Source: Carcharhinus longimanus (lineage: Eukaryota). Taken from it: 64,000 nucleotides of DNA. Shown here one piece after another: positions 36,261-49,370 of this stretch. The notes beneath the pieces are model-generated. The model saw only the letters and a program-made list of their open reading frames with translations. It ran no database searches and was not told the origin of the DNA. The translations under genes were made by a program, and so were the position numbers. The first letter of the stretch is position 1. Each line of letters begins with the position of its first letter. The stretch lies in the NCBI GenBank assembly GCA_030264375.1, contig JASCQW010000128.1, positions 11,602,873 to 11,666,872 of the forward strand. The letters run 5' to 3'.

Positions 36261-37909
36261 CTCAGTGAAAGGACAACTTCCAACAAAGGGAGCCCTGCTC
36301 TCCTTTGCCTTATAACAGTGGATGGAGGGTCAGTCTCTTACTAAGTATCTAGCAGAGCCTTGGATACAGCAGAACCCAACATAATTTGATCACAACTGTG
36401 ATTCTGCTACAGTCACAACAGTTGAGGGGTTGGATCCCTTGAGGAAAGTCAAGGCCTGAATTTTTTTTTATCTCGTGAAATGAATTGGACAAATTTCCAT
36501 CTGTTGAAAAATACCACAATCTTTGCAGACTAAGATTAACTGTTGTTGAATTCAAATTTCTATTTTACACCATTTCTTCTATTACTTGTGGCAGAAAATT
36601 ACATTGCAAACTATAATCCTTAGATATATTACCAAGTCTGACTCTCAATTTGTGTTATGCCATGCCATGCACATTTTTAAAATCAACCAAACTGGGAAAT
36701 GAGAAAGGAATCAGACACCACTGTTTGGAGGTCATTTCTAACCAACAAATTACAATGAGATGATTGTACAATTTTCTAGATGAGCTGAGACTATGGCATA
36801 AAATAGAATGCAGAGAGTTCAAAAGAAGCACATACTTCTACAACATCTATATGTACCCAGAAATATAGGCCACTCCTGCTGGAGGTGGGGAAAGTGGAGG
36901 GCTGGGAGGAGGTTTCCCAGACAACCCCTACCTCACTGCTCACGAAGTCAGTCAACCACAATCCCCATAGAAGTTTATTTTCTTCAGGGGTTGAGGCCCC
37001 TTTTGTAATCTAGTGATTTCAAATTCACATGAGCAGAATAAACCATGTATTCGGTGAAAGGGGAAATTCCAGCACCAGAAAATTCCAAGTCATGCAGAAT
37101 TTATAATATTAAACTTGCCTTCATGACAAAGGATATCAATTTCAAAACTTTTGACAGTGTTTGTTCCCTATTTCTAAATATTCAGGAAATGCTCTTCAAC
37201 AGAACAACCAGGGACAGATACAGCTACAATACTAAGATGATCATAACTCTTTTGTTATATGGTCATGTTATATGTGAATATTTGGGACACTTATTTTGAT
37301 CGCCTCATTACCTCGAAGTACAAATTACCAAATTTCTGTGATAATTTTTAAGTATATGTAAAACACTAAAGGACAAAATTTGTACAGTTAGTATTTGCTC
37401 ACTATTTGGAAATACAAAGATATTTTCATGGAGCTGGGAAGACTCTATGGAGGGATGAAAATAGTAACCGAGATACAATTCCCAGATTCCCCACCCCGTT
37501 TCTGTTCTCATTTTCATTAGCGCCTTGAAGGGTGTGGCTGGTTCAGGTCAGATGGCTCCTTCACAAGAAAATGCCACAAATGCACAATGAAGTTTGGCTG
37601 AGAGCCATCAAATGCATAAAAAATGTTGAAATAGCTGAGCCCCAGGGAAAACGTTGTTTGATTGAAAGCTCTGGCTTTCTGAACCCTCCTATCAAAGGCA
37701 TGTTGTTTATTTACATAAGATAAAGAGATGTGGCTCACACGGTGAAGCCTTCCATTGTTTGCTGGAGCAGACGAGTGAAGGAGCAGAGAGACAGATAAGA
37801 AATTACCTGNNNNNNNNNNNNNNNNNNNNNNNNNNNNNNNNNNNNNNNNNNNNNNNNNNNNNNNNNNNNNNNNNNNNNNNNNNNNNNNNNNNNNNNNNNN
37901 NNNNNNNNN

Positions 37910-37980
37910 TTATTGAATGGCGGGGCAGGCTCGAAGGGCTAGATGGCCTACTCCTGCTCCTATTTCTTATGTTCTTATGT
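37910..37980 (+). mobile_element. Young CR1 3' tail next to a gap
   Basis: ttattgaatggcggggcaggctcgaagggctagatggcctactcctgctcctatttcttatgttcttatg is the reverse complement of the 15050 tail. Confidence 0.85.
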
Positions 37981-38134
37981 TATTATTTGTTTATTTATAC
38001 ATGAGGTTTCAAGTGCCTGCAATTTCTGCTATTGATGCTTTAAAGGGTCTGGATGATGGCATTTTTATTGGTCTATAGTTTTAGGAAAGTAATCAATGGA
38101 TGAGTGCTTACTTTTAAAGCTATTTTTCACACAT

Positions 38135-38786
38135 TCCAACAAGAGAGAATCTAACCTTTTCCTGGTAATATTCAACCGCATTACTATCACTGAATCCACC
38201 TCTATCAACATCCTGGCAATTAATCAATGATGTGGACCAGGCAAATAAATACAATAGCTACAAGATCAGAGGCTTGGAACTTACCTCCTGACTTCCCAAA
38301 GCCTTTCCACCAACTACAAACCACAATTCAGGAGTAATGCAGTATATTCTCCACTTGCCTGGATCAGTGCAGCTCCAATCACACTCAAGAAGCTTGACAC
38401 CATCCAACACAAATCAGTGTGCTTGTTTGGCTTCTCATCTGCCACTTTAAATATTCACTCCCTCTATAAATGATGTACAGTGGCAGCACTGTGTATCACA
38501 GATGTTAAAACGCACTGCAATAATTCACCAAGGGTCCTTTGACAGCACTTTCCAAAACTGCAACATCTACCATCTTGAAGGACAAGGGCAGCAGATACAT
38601 TACTGTTGCTAGGTCAAGATCCTGGAAGTCAAGATCCTCGAACCCCTCTCCTCATGGCACTGTGGGTGTACCTAAACCGCACAGGCACAAGAAGACAGCT
38701 TGCCACCATCTTCTTGAAGTTAATTGGGGATGGACAATAAATGTAGGTCTAGCCAATGCCCAACTCATGAAAGAATAAAAAATAAA
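38135..38786 (+). mobile_element. CR1/L2-group LINE 3' portion
   Basis: Homologous to about 15815-16720; tail ggggatggacaataaatg...atgaaagaataaaaaa. Confidence 0.75.
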
Positions 38787-40173
38787 TACTTCAATATTTT
38801 TACTATTAAGGGTATAACAATGACAAGTCAGCTTTAGAATTTTTGGTCCATTGTAAGGTTCTTTGGTTCTGTACAGAACTATACCTCATCATGAGTTATT
38901 CCTGCATATGAATATGCTTAGATTTCTGAGGTTCAGGATTGGTTAAAAATTAACAGTAATTTTGGAGGCCAAAGTGAAAATAAAATACCCTATATCTGTG
39001 GTACCTTTTCGATAAAACTTTGAGAGTAAAGAGCTGGAACGTTAAGTTTCTCACTACATGATCTTGACTTTAACTCTACATAAATCGATGTGTGTTTTGA
39101 ATGGATTAATATCAGCCCAATATTGAGATCTCAACTGATTTAAGTGTTTGCCTCTATTTGGACCAAGGATTCTAGAGCAGACTTGTCATTGTATACATTT
39201 CTTTGTCAAAATATTTAAGTATATCAACTAAGGAAGGAGGCATTCCACAGTTAAAATAATGTCCAACTGGATGACATCTAATGCAAAGATCTACTGACGA
39301 TATCCTTGCCCATTTTATAAACAACTCAGCAGATTGGTTGGCTGTATTCTCAAGTAGATCAAGTGGATACTAGGGATGTCCCACATAATATCATCACATT
39401 CTCAGTTTCAGACTTAAGATCAGGGCAATCCATGCAAAAAAGGTGTTTAATTTGACCATTTTCACATACTCTCAAGCAGTTAGTTCAGAGCATCATTGGC
39501 AAAGATGTGTGAAGAGGATCATCCACACATTTTTGCAGTTGATGCTCAATTAGGGAGGCCAAAGAAACTTGAGTAACTTGGAAAATAACGTGCTTATGTT
39601 TCTGTAAAAAATCATCTTTAATATGAAGGATAGAGTTCTGTAAAACTTTGTATATTACAAGCTTCAAATTAAATGAATATGAAGAAATTTCAATGGACAA
39701 ATTGTTTCTTAACCTTTGTTTAAAAGTAAACCTGTTTGAGTTTCCAAAGCTCAAGTCACATACAAAACAGTAAAGTTTCAACCTGCAAGGCAACTATTTC
39801 CACTAACAGAGGGATCTAAATAGCTTTCATTAGAAGAGAAAATTGTGGCTGGATAAACAGATTTGATGGGATTGTGATGACTGATGTTAAATGTAACTAC
39901 AGCTTTGAAAGTTTTGAACTAATCATAATTGGACCTTATTACAGCTTGACCTTGTATTAGTTCAAAAACCAGAAAATTCTGTCCTAAATCTATCATATGT
40001 AATGCAATTCAGTCAATTTCTGTAGTTTGTACTGACTTAACAAGGAGCTTTTGCATATAATGTGAAAAAAAAATGAATTCAGGATGTTGCAAAACTCATG
40101 TTAAGAAGATTATATATAGGAACATCCTGTTCCTGCTGAATTCAAATACAATTCATTTCATTTTCACACTTAC

Positions 40174-40307
40174 TTGTGATTTTCAGGTGGATAAATGGAC
40201 TAGTCTTGTTTTCCCCATTCTTTTCATTGACTGCTTGTACATAGTAATTTCCTGCGTCTGCTGCAGCCGTTGACAGCACCACCAGGTGATTCTCGAGAGT
40301 AACAGCT
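40174..40307 (-). CDS. SDK1: Internal coding exon of Sidekick cell adhesion molecule (Ig-domain C-terminal half), best match SDK1
   Basis: Minus-strand translation [44 protein letters not shown] matches my recollection of SDK1 (..[44 protein letters not shown]) better than SDK2 (..VNDKNGDNKTSQPITL). Contains the Ig D-x-G-x-Y motif. Acceptor 'cttttgtgttttttaacag' with a candidate CTCAT branch point; donor 'gtaagt'. Length 134 nt, phase 2 start and phase 1 end. Confidence 0.9.
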
Positions 40308-42977
40308 CTGTTAAAAAACACAAAAGCATGAGTGCTGTAGCCTAATCTTCGATCAAGTCTAACCATTAGAAATCTATAAATATAAGTTAAATAAGCAGAA
40401 AAAAAATGTTGAGAATTACTGCATGTTGAAAAGTGATCATGTAAAAGAACTAGTTTCATATATGTGCATAACTAGTTTCATATGCATATCAAATCATCCC
40501 AAAGCATTTTATTTTCATTTGCAAGAATGCACCCAAATCTTCTATATGTGGAAGGAGTAAGTTTTATGCCCCAATCTTTGAGTGATTATCAAATAGCAAT
40601 TCCTGTCAGTGCACTCTCAGCTCCCACTATTATTTTCAGAACTTTCTCATCTGAATTTACTCAGCTGATTTTAAAATCACCAGTGCGTATATGGCCTGGA
40701 GTTGACAAAGCAACAGTTAATTGTCATGTAATTATCCCCTCTTGAATTATAAAATGTAAATNNNNNNCTCCCTCTTGACCTTAGCCCAAGTGAATTATCA
40801 CAGATCTGTGATGTTCCAGCATCCAATAGTTAGAGGGAGAAAATAATTAAAGTCAGCAGAGGAAGTCAGGTTTGAGGCCAAGTGAAGACCCAAGTTAAAA
40901 ACAAGACCAGCTGATCTCATCTGGCATTGTTCATGGTGAATCAGAGGTTCTGATAAGGTGCAAAAGCAGAAGCCACAAGAGCCATATTTCACTCCACTAG
41001 GCAGAGAAGATGGACATCATGATCCGGATGGAAGGAGATAAAATGCCAAACATTGTCTGCCATTCGACCCAATCAGCTCTCTCATGATGTCCAGGCATCA
41101 GTGCCTCAGGAGGCTCAGGCTTTCCTGGTAGGATATCTGCAATCTCCATGAACAAAATCTCCTTATCAATTGAGCAGGTGGACAGTGGCCAGTGTCCAGA
41201 AGATTTCAACCAAAATATCATTTGTCAAAATTGTTGTATGCAAGAGAGAATCTCATAATGCCTTTAGGCACTTCAGAAAGTGTTCCAAGTCAATCGTTCA
41301 TGACATAGTTAGATACTGTGATATGGGGATCCTTATTTCAATGAAAATATGAGCCAAATGGGTTTAATGGCTTTCCTTGCTCCCTTTATCTTGTGTCATG
41401 ATCTACATCTCCCAGCTTTTAAAAAACTTTGTTTTTATGGATTAATTTCCTTTTCTAGGACTAAATCAAGTCCATCTCACAGGGCATTTCCTTCAAATTT
41501 CGAATCATCCCAGCCACTTTTCACTCAATCCACTCTCGCACATCAATCCACATCTGTAACCATGGATTGAAGTTTAGTTTTATAACTTACAGTCAACTAC
41601 ATATCATTTTTATCTTATAATAAAGGATTAATACTGCAGCTACATTTGAGCTTCTGTCAGCCTGATTTCAAAATATTTAGCTCACAGCCAATCTCTTGAG
41701 ATCGCGCAGAGCCATGTAGCAAATTTGAAGTGCAGTAAAGACAGATTGACAGCTATTGAGAAAACCTGTGGCAACGAGGAGTTTTATTTGAGTTAGATTT
41801 TTTTTTTAAACACAGGATTTTATAAATCTATATAAGAACATCAATCTAAGTTTTCGCATGGAAAATCAGGAGTGATACACAGATCACAAAATAAAAACGG
41901 ACTACCTTTCAAGCCAAACTCAAAGAATTTGGGTCAGATACACAACAGATAATAATGGCAAACCAGTTAACAAATGAAGCAAGAAAATCCTCCCACAAAT
42001 TACAACCTGACAGCAACCAGAGACAACTATTTTTTCTCAGCTAATAGGCTGATATTACTCTTCCTAAGACAGCAATGTTGAAACCTCTGTTGCAGCAGCT
42101 GTTCACATTAAAATGTTGAAAAGATACAGGATCTCAATCTCCACATTTCTATCAAATTTTCCCAGGAGCAATAGATTGCTGGTTTTCTTATCCCAAGTAT
42201 CACAGGGGTCTAACTATTTTTATTTGTACTTGAGTGACATAAATTGTAAAACAGGCCTGACTTACAATCATAGTTATAGCCTGGAGTTCCATCTCTCAAA
42301 GTTCAGGATTACAACTCTCCATGTCACAATATGTTTGTTGCTCTCCCACTCGTATTGCAATTAAAATTGCTTTTTAATTTTTATTTAAATGTCAAATATG
42401 TGGCACAGGTAGAATTGTCTTCCATTGGCTTCTCAGGTTCTCCCAGCAGCCAAGAGAAAGCCACTGCAGCATAGAAAAGTTGGGAATTTACCCAACAGTG
42501 GTTATTTTATTTTTTGTTCACTACAAATAGGAACATTCAGAACTGCAGCAGAAAATAAAATTCATGAATTAATCTCCTTTGGATTCCCAAAACTGCAGAA
42601 ATTTTATGTTTACTTCAGTTCAAAAGTTATTTACTGCTCACAGATTGCCGACCAAATTCAGCCTACTTTTTAACTGTCCACTGGCCTTGAATAGTGGGGT
42701 TGACTGTCAGACTTTGCAGCATCTGGCGCAGATAGCGTCAATCCTGGTGTACTGCATGTGGGCCTAAAAATCGGTTTTGCACCCAACACTAAACAGTTTG
42801 ACACTCTCCTGGCCTCTCTCTGAGGCACAAACCAGATTGTGCCCAGAAAGGGTGTGAGCCCAATTTGCACAAGATTGAGTGGATTTCAATCTCCTGTGTG
42901 AGTTTGGCACACGATCGCACCCCCCCCCCCCCGCCAACCCCCCCGCTCCCAGAATGCTCCTACCTCTCTGGTGAAAG

Positions 42978-43188
42978 GTAAAGACTCGCATTCTAATCAG
43001 TATTCTGTAAACTGTGTGTGCCTTTATATACATTGTTTCTGATCAGAACTCTTCATTCACCTGACGAAGGAACAGCGTTCTGAAAGCTTGTGGCGTTTAC
43101 TGTCAAATAAACCTGTTGGACTTTAACCTGGTGTTGAGAGACTTCTTAGTGTGTTTACCCCAGTCCAACATCGGCATCTCCGTATCAT
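42978..43188 (+). mobile_element. PLE-derived repeat with the best-preserved hammerhead motif and full tail
   Basis: Same family as 2107-2362; ends ccccagtccaacatcggcatctccgtatcat. Confidence 0.75.
43058..43092 (+). ncRNA. Putative minimal type I hammerhead ribozyme
   Basis: CAC-CUGACGA-A-[GGAAC-AGC-GUUCU]-GAAA-GC-UU-GUG: intact core, 5-bp stem II, palindromic AAGCUU stem III, 3-bp stem I CAC/GUG. Activity is untested. Confidence 0.6.
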
Positions 43189-46100
43189 ACCTGATGTCCT
43201 GACAGTGTCAGTTGGGCACGACTAGTGTGCAAAGGGCACTATCAAGGCAATGGGGCCTGAGTGGGGGCCAATGCGGGTGGAGGGTCTGATGCTGAGGTGT
43301 GGGAGGCAGAAGGGGGGGTATCATATGGCAGGGCTAGGTCATGCAGGGATGGATCATGAAGACAGTCATGATTGGGGGGCATGTTGGGTGTCATGGTGGG
43401 GGTATCTATCGAAGGACCCAAGGCCGATGACCTGTGTCATGGTGGGGGAATGTGCCAGTGAAGTGGGTAGGTTGCCGATGTCCGTGGGAGGGAGGGAGTC
43501 TCCCAGTGCACTGAGAGATCAGGGCGCTCTTGCAAAACGATGCCCAGAATTTGAAGTTAGATTCACCAGCATGTTTAAGTCCCCTTTTGGTTCGTAATGC
43601 TTCTTTAAAGTGCATTTAACTACATTTAAAGCACTACCTGTCAACACCAGGTAGTTTCTGCATTATGACAGGACCAGTTGTTTAGCTGAGTCTCCAAATT
43701 TCTTTTGGGGTGGGCATGATCTGATTGGGTATTACCTTGCTAATGTTTAATACTTACACATGTCGATAACTCCAAAATTACCACAGTGTCAATCATGTTC
43801 AACTCCCATCAGCTTTCATCAAATCTCTGGGTTTTTCTCAGCAGGTATCAGAAACATTGGGTGGAATTCTCCTACCTTGAGACCCAGTGCGGTGACACTT
43901 GACACCTTTTTTTTTGCTGGTCAGAAAAGGGGATCCCCGTGCCAGATTCTGCACGTGAAACCTCAGTAATTAAGCACAGGCAAGTACCCCTCTGAGTCAC
44001 CTTGCAGGGTGCCAGAGATTCATTCACCTGCTGCCATCAGCTGGGGGGGGTAGTTGCAAAGGTCCAGGTGCCAAATTTAATACCAGTCTAGCAAACTCGT
44101 ATCACTCTCACTAGTCCACATATCTTAACCAGAGTGAGCAAGATGTCAGCAACCCAGAAAAGACTACCAGCTCTCAAAAGCAACTCTGTTCACATCTTAA
44201 TCACCCTCCCCCTAAGTCCATCACCTGTGAGGCACCCAGGCCCCTTTCGGGCACCTAGCAACTGCATCTGAATTCTTTGTGCATCCCCTTCCAGTAAACA
44301 ACATAACATCCCTTTCATCTCCTTGGTTGTGAGCTTCTCGTGCAGTATTGTCAGAGCCCAGTTTCTCTCCCCCTCGATCTAGTCTCTGCCTTCCATTGTT
44401 CATTTTCTTCATTCAGCTCCTTCCACATTAGCCCTGATCCCACCCTCACCTCACACTCCACCCCGGTCAAACTGCAGACTTTGTTGTGGCGCCTGCACGA
44501 TTCCCACAGTACATTCTGTCCAGATAAGCGCCGGTGTGTGACACCAGGAGCAAGAAGGTCCCTATCCTTCCCATCCCCAGACACAGTACTGATGTGAGAC
44601 AGCAACACACGAGGTTCCATGGGTCCAGCAGTACAGTGCTCTGCTGTCCATGAAGGCCAGCTCAGCATGGAGATGGAAGGCAGGAAGTGGTCTGTCCCAA
44701 AGAGAGTGCTGAATAGCACATCAGGAGCAGTGTATCACTTTGGCAGTGTTGCACCCATCCCAAGGTCTCAGAGAAACTGAGGGCTGCCTTTTGCATGCTA
44801 CTCATTAATCAATCAGATTTTAGACCAACATAATTTCCTGCTGATGTGATAAAAGATTGAAAAGCCTCCTGGGATGCCGATGGGCAACTCTTTTAATGAT
44901 CATTCATGAGATACAAATGAATGCAAATGACATTCATGCCACCAGCCAGCTGGAAGATCGACCCGCCATTGTCCTGACATTGGGAGAATCGCCACATGAC
45001 TTTATGCTGGCGGGGTTCCAACATTTTGGCTCCCGCTAGATTCTTCACTCCCATCTGCCACCAAATCTGCTGCGGGTGGGATGGGAGAATTTTACCCATA
45101 CATTCTGTTAGGTAGAAGTGTCTTTTACAGCACATATTTTAGACCAATATTTGGTTATCACAAATTGTACAGGCTCAATTGTATATGGAACAATGTTGGC
45201 TCCTTTTTGTTGATGATAATGACATGGCATTTGCAAACTGAATAATACTGAAATTACATCCAATGTAGGAATAATGCAGGTAACATATCTTGTGCTTGTC
45301 CATACAGAAATGTGACTGCAGCAATAATAAATGATAACCAGCTAGCATACACATTAAGAAAAAGCAGCGTCTTAATGAAACAATTACAAAAAACTGTCAA
45401 CAAATAAAAATAAAACAATCATAAGAACAACCACCACTAACAACTAAACTAAGTTACAACTCTCAATATCAACAGAATGGGTCGAAATTTGTTCATGTAG
45501 CGCTACCTCTAAGTGGCGCCATGCAAACATTTCCCCCTCCTGTCCCACAAGCTAGACTTACAAACCAAATAATATGCACCTGAGTGTTCCAGTCTGAAGA
45601 AAAGTGAACAATCATTCTGTGACATCAGGACCTGGTACACAGTGTAGGAGTGAGCTGGCAGTGACTAATGTCCAACATCAACAGAATCCACTGTCTTACC
45701 AGGGATACCACCAGAAAAGTTGATCAGCCAGCTGAACTCCAGCAATGTGTGACGAATGAACAGAACATTTCTTAAACCGGACATCTTGCTGAATAAATGC
45801 TATTTTTAAGATATAGTGGATAACTAGGTCCGCTTTCTTCAGGGATTTAACAAGGACCTGTCCCTGTTTGTAGACAGTCTGATTTTTATGAGGAGATTAG
45901 GCCAGAAAATTTTAAAAATCAGCAGGCAAGGCTGCACAGCAGCTGTAAGTTCTTTAACATTAACGTAGAAACTGAGGTTCTTAATGTTGCGAATGAAGTT
46001 GTGGTGGTGATTGAAGGTAGAGCTTAAAACTATCAGGTCTATTTATGTGACAAGACTCAAGAGCAAACCATTCCACTGGACTCAAAATCACAAATAGCCT

Positions 46101-48049
46101 TACAGCACCAATAAACACTGAAGTTTCCAGCCTACATNNNNNNNNNNNNNNNNNNNNNNNNNNNNNNNNNNNNNNNNNNNNNNNNNNNNNNNNNNNNNNN
46201 NNNNNNNNNNNNNNNNNNNNNNNNNNNNNNNNNNNNNACATACACTTGACTGTATCCTTAGCCATCAGAACAAGCATAATTCAGATGAATCTATTATTCA
46301 TCCAGATAATTTTACAAGCAAATCATCATCCAGTTCAAAAATGAAGAAAGATTGAAGTAAGCCAGTAATGACCTCAGGCTAATGTGCAATAGGGCAACAG
46401 GACTGGGGACAACAGAGGACATTTAAGCTCGGAAAGGGGCCGATCAGATCAGGAAATGGGGAGGTAATTGTCTCAGGAAGGAAGGCAACTAGTTCAGGTT
46501 GGACCAGGAAAGGGCGATCAGGTCAGGAAGCAGAATGATCAGATAGAGCAAGAGGAGGATGATCGGTTGAGGATAGATGTGTCCAGGGTGGATGTTGCAG
46601 TGATAATCAGGGTTGGGCATGCAGCAGGAGACACTCACATCCTTTTCAGCTGAAGACAGGACTCCTCATCCACCTGACTTCACATTCACTTGAGTATGCT
46701 GTTGATTGCGGCCTGACAAAATGTTTCTTCAGGGACTACGTGTAGGTCTAGATTTCCTGAGGTCAGTAACAGTATATTGCAGTAAGGATCTTGCACAGTG
46801 GTTCGGCCCACTCAATCTGTCCGCAAAGAGATGATGCGTGTTTCAGACTGCAATTTTTTGACTTATATGGAGGTGAACTCAGGATAATCATGCATTTCTT
46901 GCCCTCCAATTAAGAGACCAAGGAAGCCATTGGGGGTCTGAAAAACTGACAATCCATTACTAAGCCACTGTGTACTTTTCAAATTGCAATGGTTTAAGTC
47001 GTGCATAATTACGCTTGCGTAGAATTTTAATTTTGGTTATTTAACCAAGTTGTACAAAAGTTGCCGATCATATTCTGAAATGTTATCAAAAATATATTAA
47101 GCCACTGTGAGTGTCACACCCTGCTGCAGAACCAGAGAATGTTTTCTGGTATTGAAGGATTTTATTCTAATGGTAATGACTCATAACTGGCCCTGTCAGA
47201 TCGTTTCCTGAGAAATATAGCTCCTTGGCTTCCAAAAATCTGCAACTTAATTTACGAGTAAGCTAATGTGCAGAAGCCTGGACTTACACAACCCTGAGAA
47301 CTGATGAATGAGGAGCCTAATCCAGAGATATATCCGAGACAGGTGAGTGAAACAGATTTATTTATCTACTTGATTAGTTTTTTTCCAATTTCTCTGGGCA
47401 GTGCCACAAGAGATGTACCAGTATAATTAGCACTTGCTGCCTCAGAACATTTAGTAAACCCAATAATGCAGTAATACTATTGCGAAGATGCCATTTTCTA
47501 TATTTGTCTTCACTACTTCTTTTATAAAACATAAATGCAAAGTAAAATAATTAGTACATTGGATAACGGATTTTGAACAAGTAATTTTGTGATTTAATTG
47601 ATTAAATTGGTCACATTGCTCTACAATTCTATCAATAGAACAATTTCTATTTGAAATTGGTGGCCTATAACTTTAACTGTAAAGTGACCATTTATCAAGT
47701 GCAAACAAGCCTACTAAGCCCATGATGTGGCAGACAGGAAATACAGGCATGTATTCAGCTGGTCATACCCACTATATGGTGAAGGAGAAAAAATGATGCA
47801 GTGCCCATCCTTGATACAGGCATTTGACCCTTTCCAAATTCACATAAGAGGTCCAGACATCTGTTTGAAGCTTGACTGCAAGAATGGTTTGTCCTGAAGT
47901 AGCTGGCTGCAGATGTGCTCAGAAAAAACAGATGTCCGTCACCAACAATGCAAGCATTAAAAATACTCATCTAGATAGAGGTGAACCTTTTCTGAACAGG
48001 CCTTTAAATCATGTAGGCCACAACATTCCCCAACACAACATCAGATCAC

Positions 48050-49370
48050 CATCTCCGGTACTTCCCTTCCCTTCCATGACCTGTGTCTCCATTTCTAGTA
48101 ATACACTGACCACCAAAATTCATTACAAGCCCACTAACTACCACAGCTATCCTGACGAGAGATCCTCACACCCTGCATTCTGTAAGGGCTCCATGCCATT
48201 CTCCCAGCTGCTTTGCCTCTGGTCATCTGTTCCAATGATACCAACCTCAAAAATGGGGTCTCTGACAGACCTAATACCCCCACCCTTACCCACCAAGTGT
48301 GAGGGTACTCCACCAGGATCAACACATTTCCCTTATCCCTTCTCCTCCCTGCTAGACCAATCCTTGTGTCCTCGCTTTTCACCCCACCAGTTTCTGCATT
48401 CAAAGGATCACCTTTGCCATTTTCACCAACTCCAGCATGATGCCACATATATCTTCCCCTCAGCCCCGTGTCAGCATTCCACAGGAATTGTTCCTTTCAT
48501 AACACCCTGGTCCACTCCTCCTTCACCCAACTCTTTCCTCCTTTCCCATAGCATTTTCTCTTGCAATCACAGAAGGTACAACCATGTGTCCCTTCACCTC
48601 CACACTCCTCACCGTTCAAGGCCCCAAACACACCTTACAGATGATGCAATGTTTCACTGGCAACTCCTTCAGTTTGGTCTACTGTATTCGCTGCTCCCAA
48701 TGTGGTTTCCTCTACGTGGGGAGATTAAACACAGACTGGGTGGCTGCATTGCGGAACACTTTCACTCACACAAACATGATTGCAATCTTCCTGTTGTTTG
48801 CCAGTTAAACTTTGGATCTTGCTTTTATGCCCACATATCCAACCCTGACCTGCTGCAATGCTCTAGTGAATCTCAATGGAAACTGAAAGATCTCATCCTC
48901 CCATTCGTTATGTTATGGACTCAATACTGAGTTCAACAACTTTAGACTGACCTTAGATGACCCATTCTTTCTATATCAAAACAAATTTTTGTTCAAATGC
49001 AAAAAGCACCCCTCCCACACAGGGCCATTTGTCATATGTTCTTAAGTTTTGCTTTCACTGGGTAAACTTTCATTTTCCCATTAACATGTTCTGACATCTC
49101 ACTTTTCTGCAACTACTAGCATCTTCTCCGGCCATTAACGCTTTCTCCCTCTCGTGATCTACTCATCTTTGTTGCAATCTCTCCTACATCCCCCACCAAT
49201 CTCTGACCTTCTACTCCTGCTCCAGCTACAACATCCCCTTTCATATAGTTTCTTCCTCCCTTTAGCTTTGGAGAAAAGTCATTTGGACTCCAAATGTTAA
49301 CTTTATTTCCTCTCTTCACAGATGCTGCCAGGCCTGCTGAGCTTTTCCAGCATTTTCTGTTTTTCTATCA
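48050..49370 (+). mobile_element. Penelope-like retroelement remnant (RT C-terminus, GIY-YIG endonuclease, 3' end)
   Basis: VSISSNTLTTKIHYKPTNYHSY..SSHPAFCKGSMPFSQ (RT thumb); LVYCIRCSQCGFLYVG...KHRLGGCIAEH (GIY-YIG); terminal acagatgctgccaggcctgctgagc. Confidence 0.85.

Noticed and set aside
40142-40459. 105-aa ORF as a complete gene
   Set aside because: Only 40174-40307 is Sidekick-like and it is bounded by canonical splice sites; the rest is intron read-through.
40449-40483. Short direct repeat actagtttcatat near the exon acceptor as a splicing element
   Set aside because: A 13-bp local duplication about 140 nt from the acceptor with no recognisable motif; consistent with slippage.
42920-42950. 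Poly-C tract as a functional G-quadruplex on the transcript strand
   Set aside because: A single homopolymer-rich tract inside repeat-like sequence, with no supporting evidence for function.
211-43188. Recurring palindromic repeats as a CRISPR array or classical MITE
   Set aside because: Copies are dispersed with no regular repeat-spacer period and no cas genes. Arms are asymmetric, with variable junctions and a one-sided tail, which fits PLE insertions rather than fixed TIRs.
43190-45100. GC-richer stretch with several 60-120 aa ORFs as a gene or defined transposon
   Set aside because: No recognisable protein motif or splice structure; probably decayed DNA-transposon-derived sequence, but I cannot support a family or boundaries.
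47872-48930. 352-aa ORF as a novel host protein
   Set aside because: It drifts in and out of frame with a decayed Penelope RT/GIY-YIG ORF; key endonuclease motifs lie in another frame (48584-48808).
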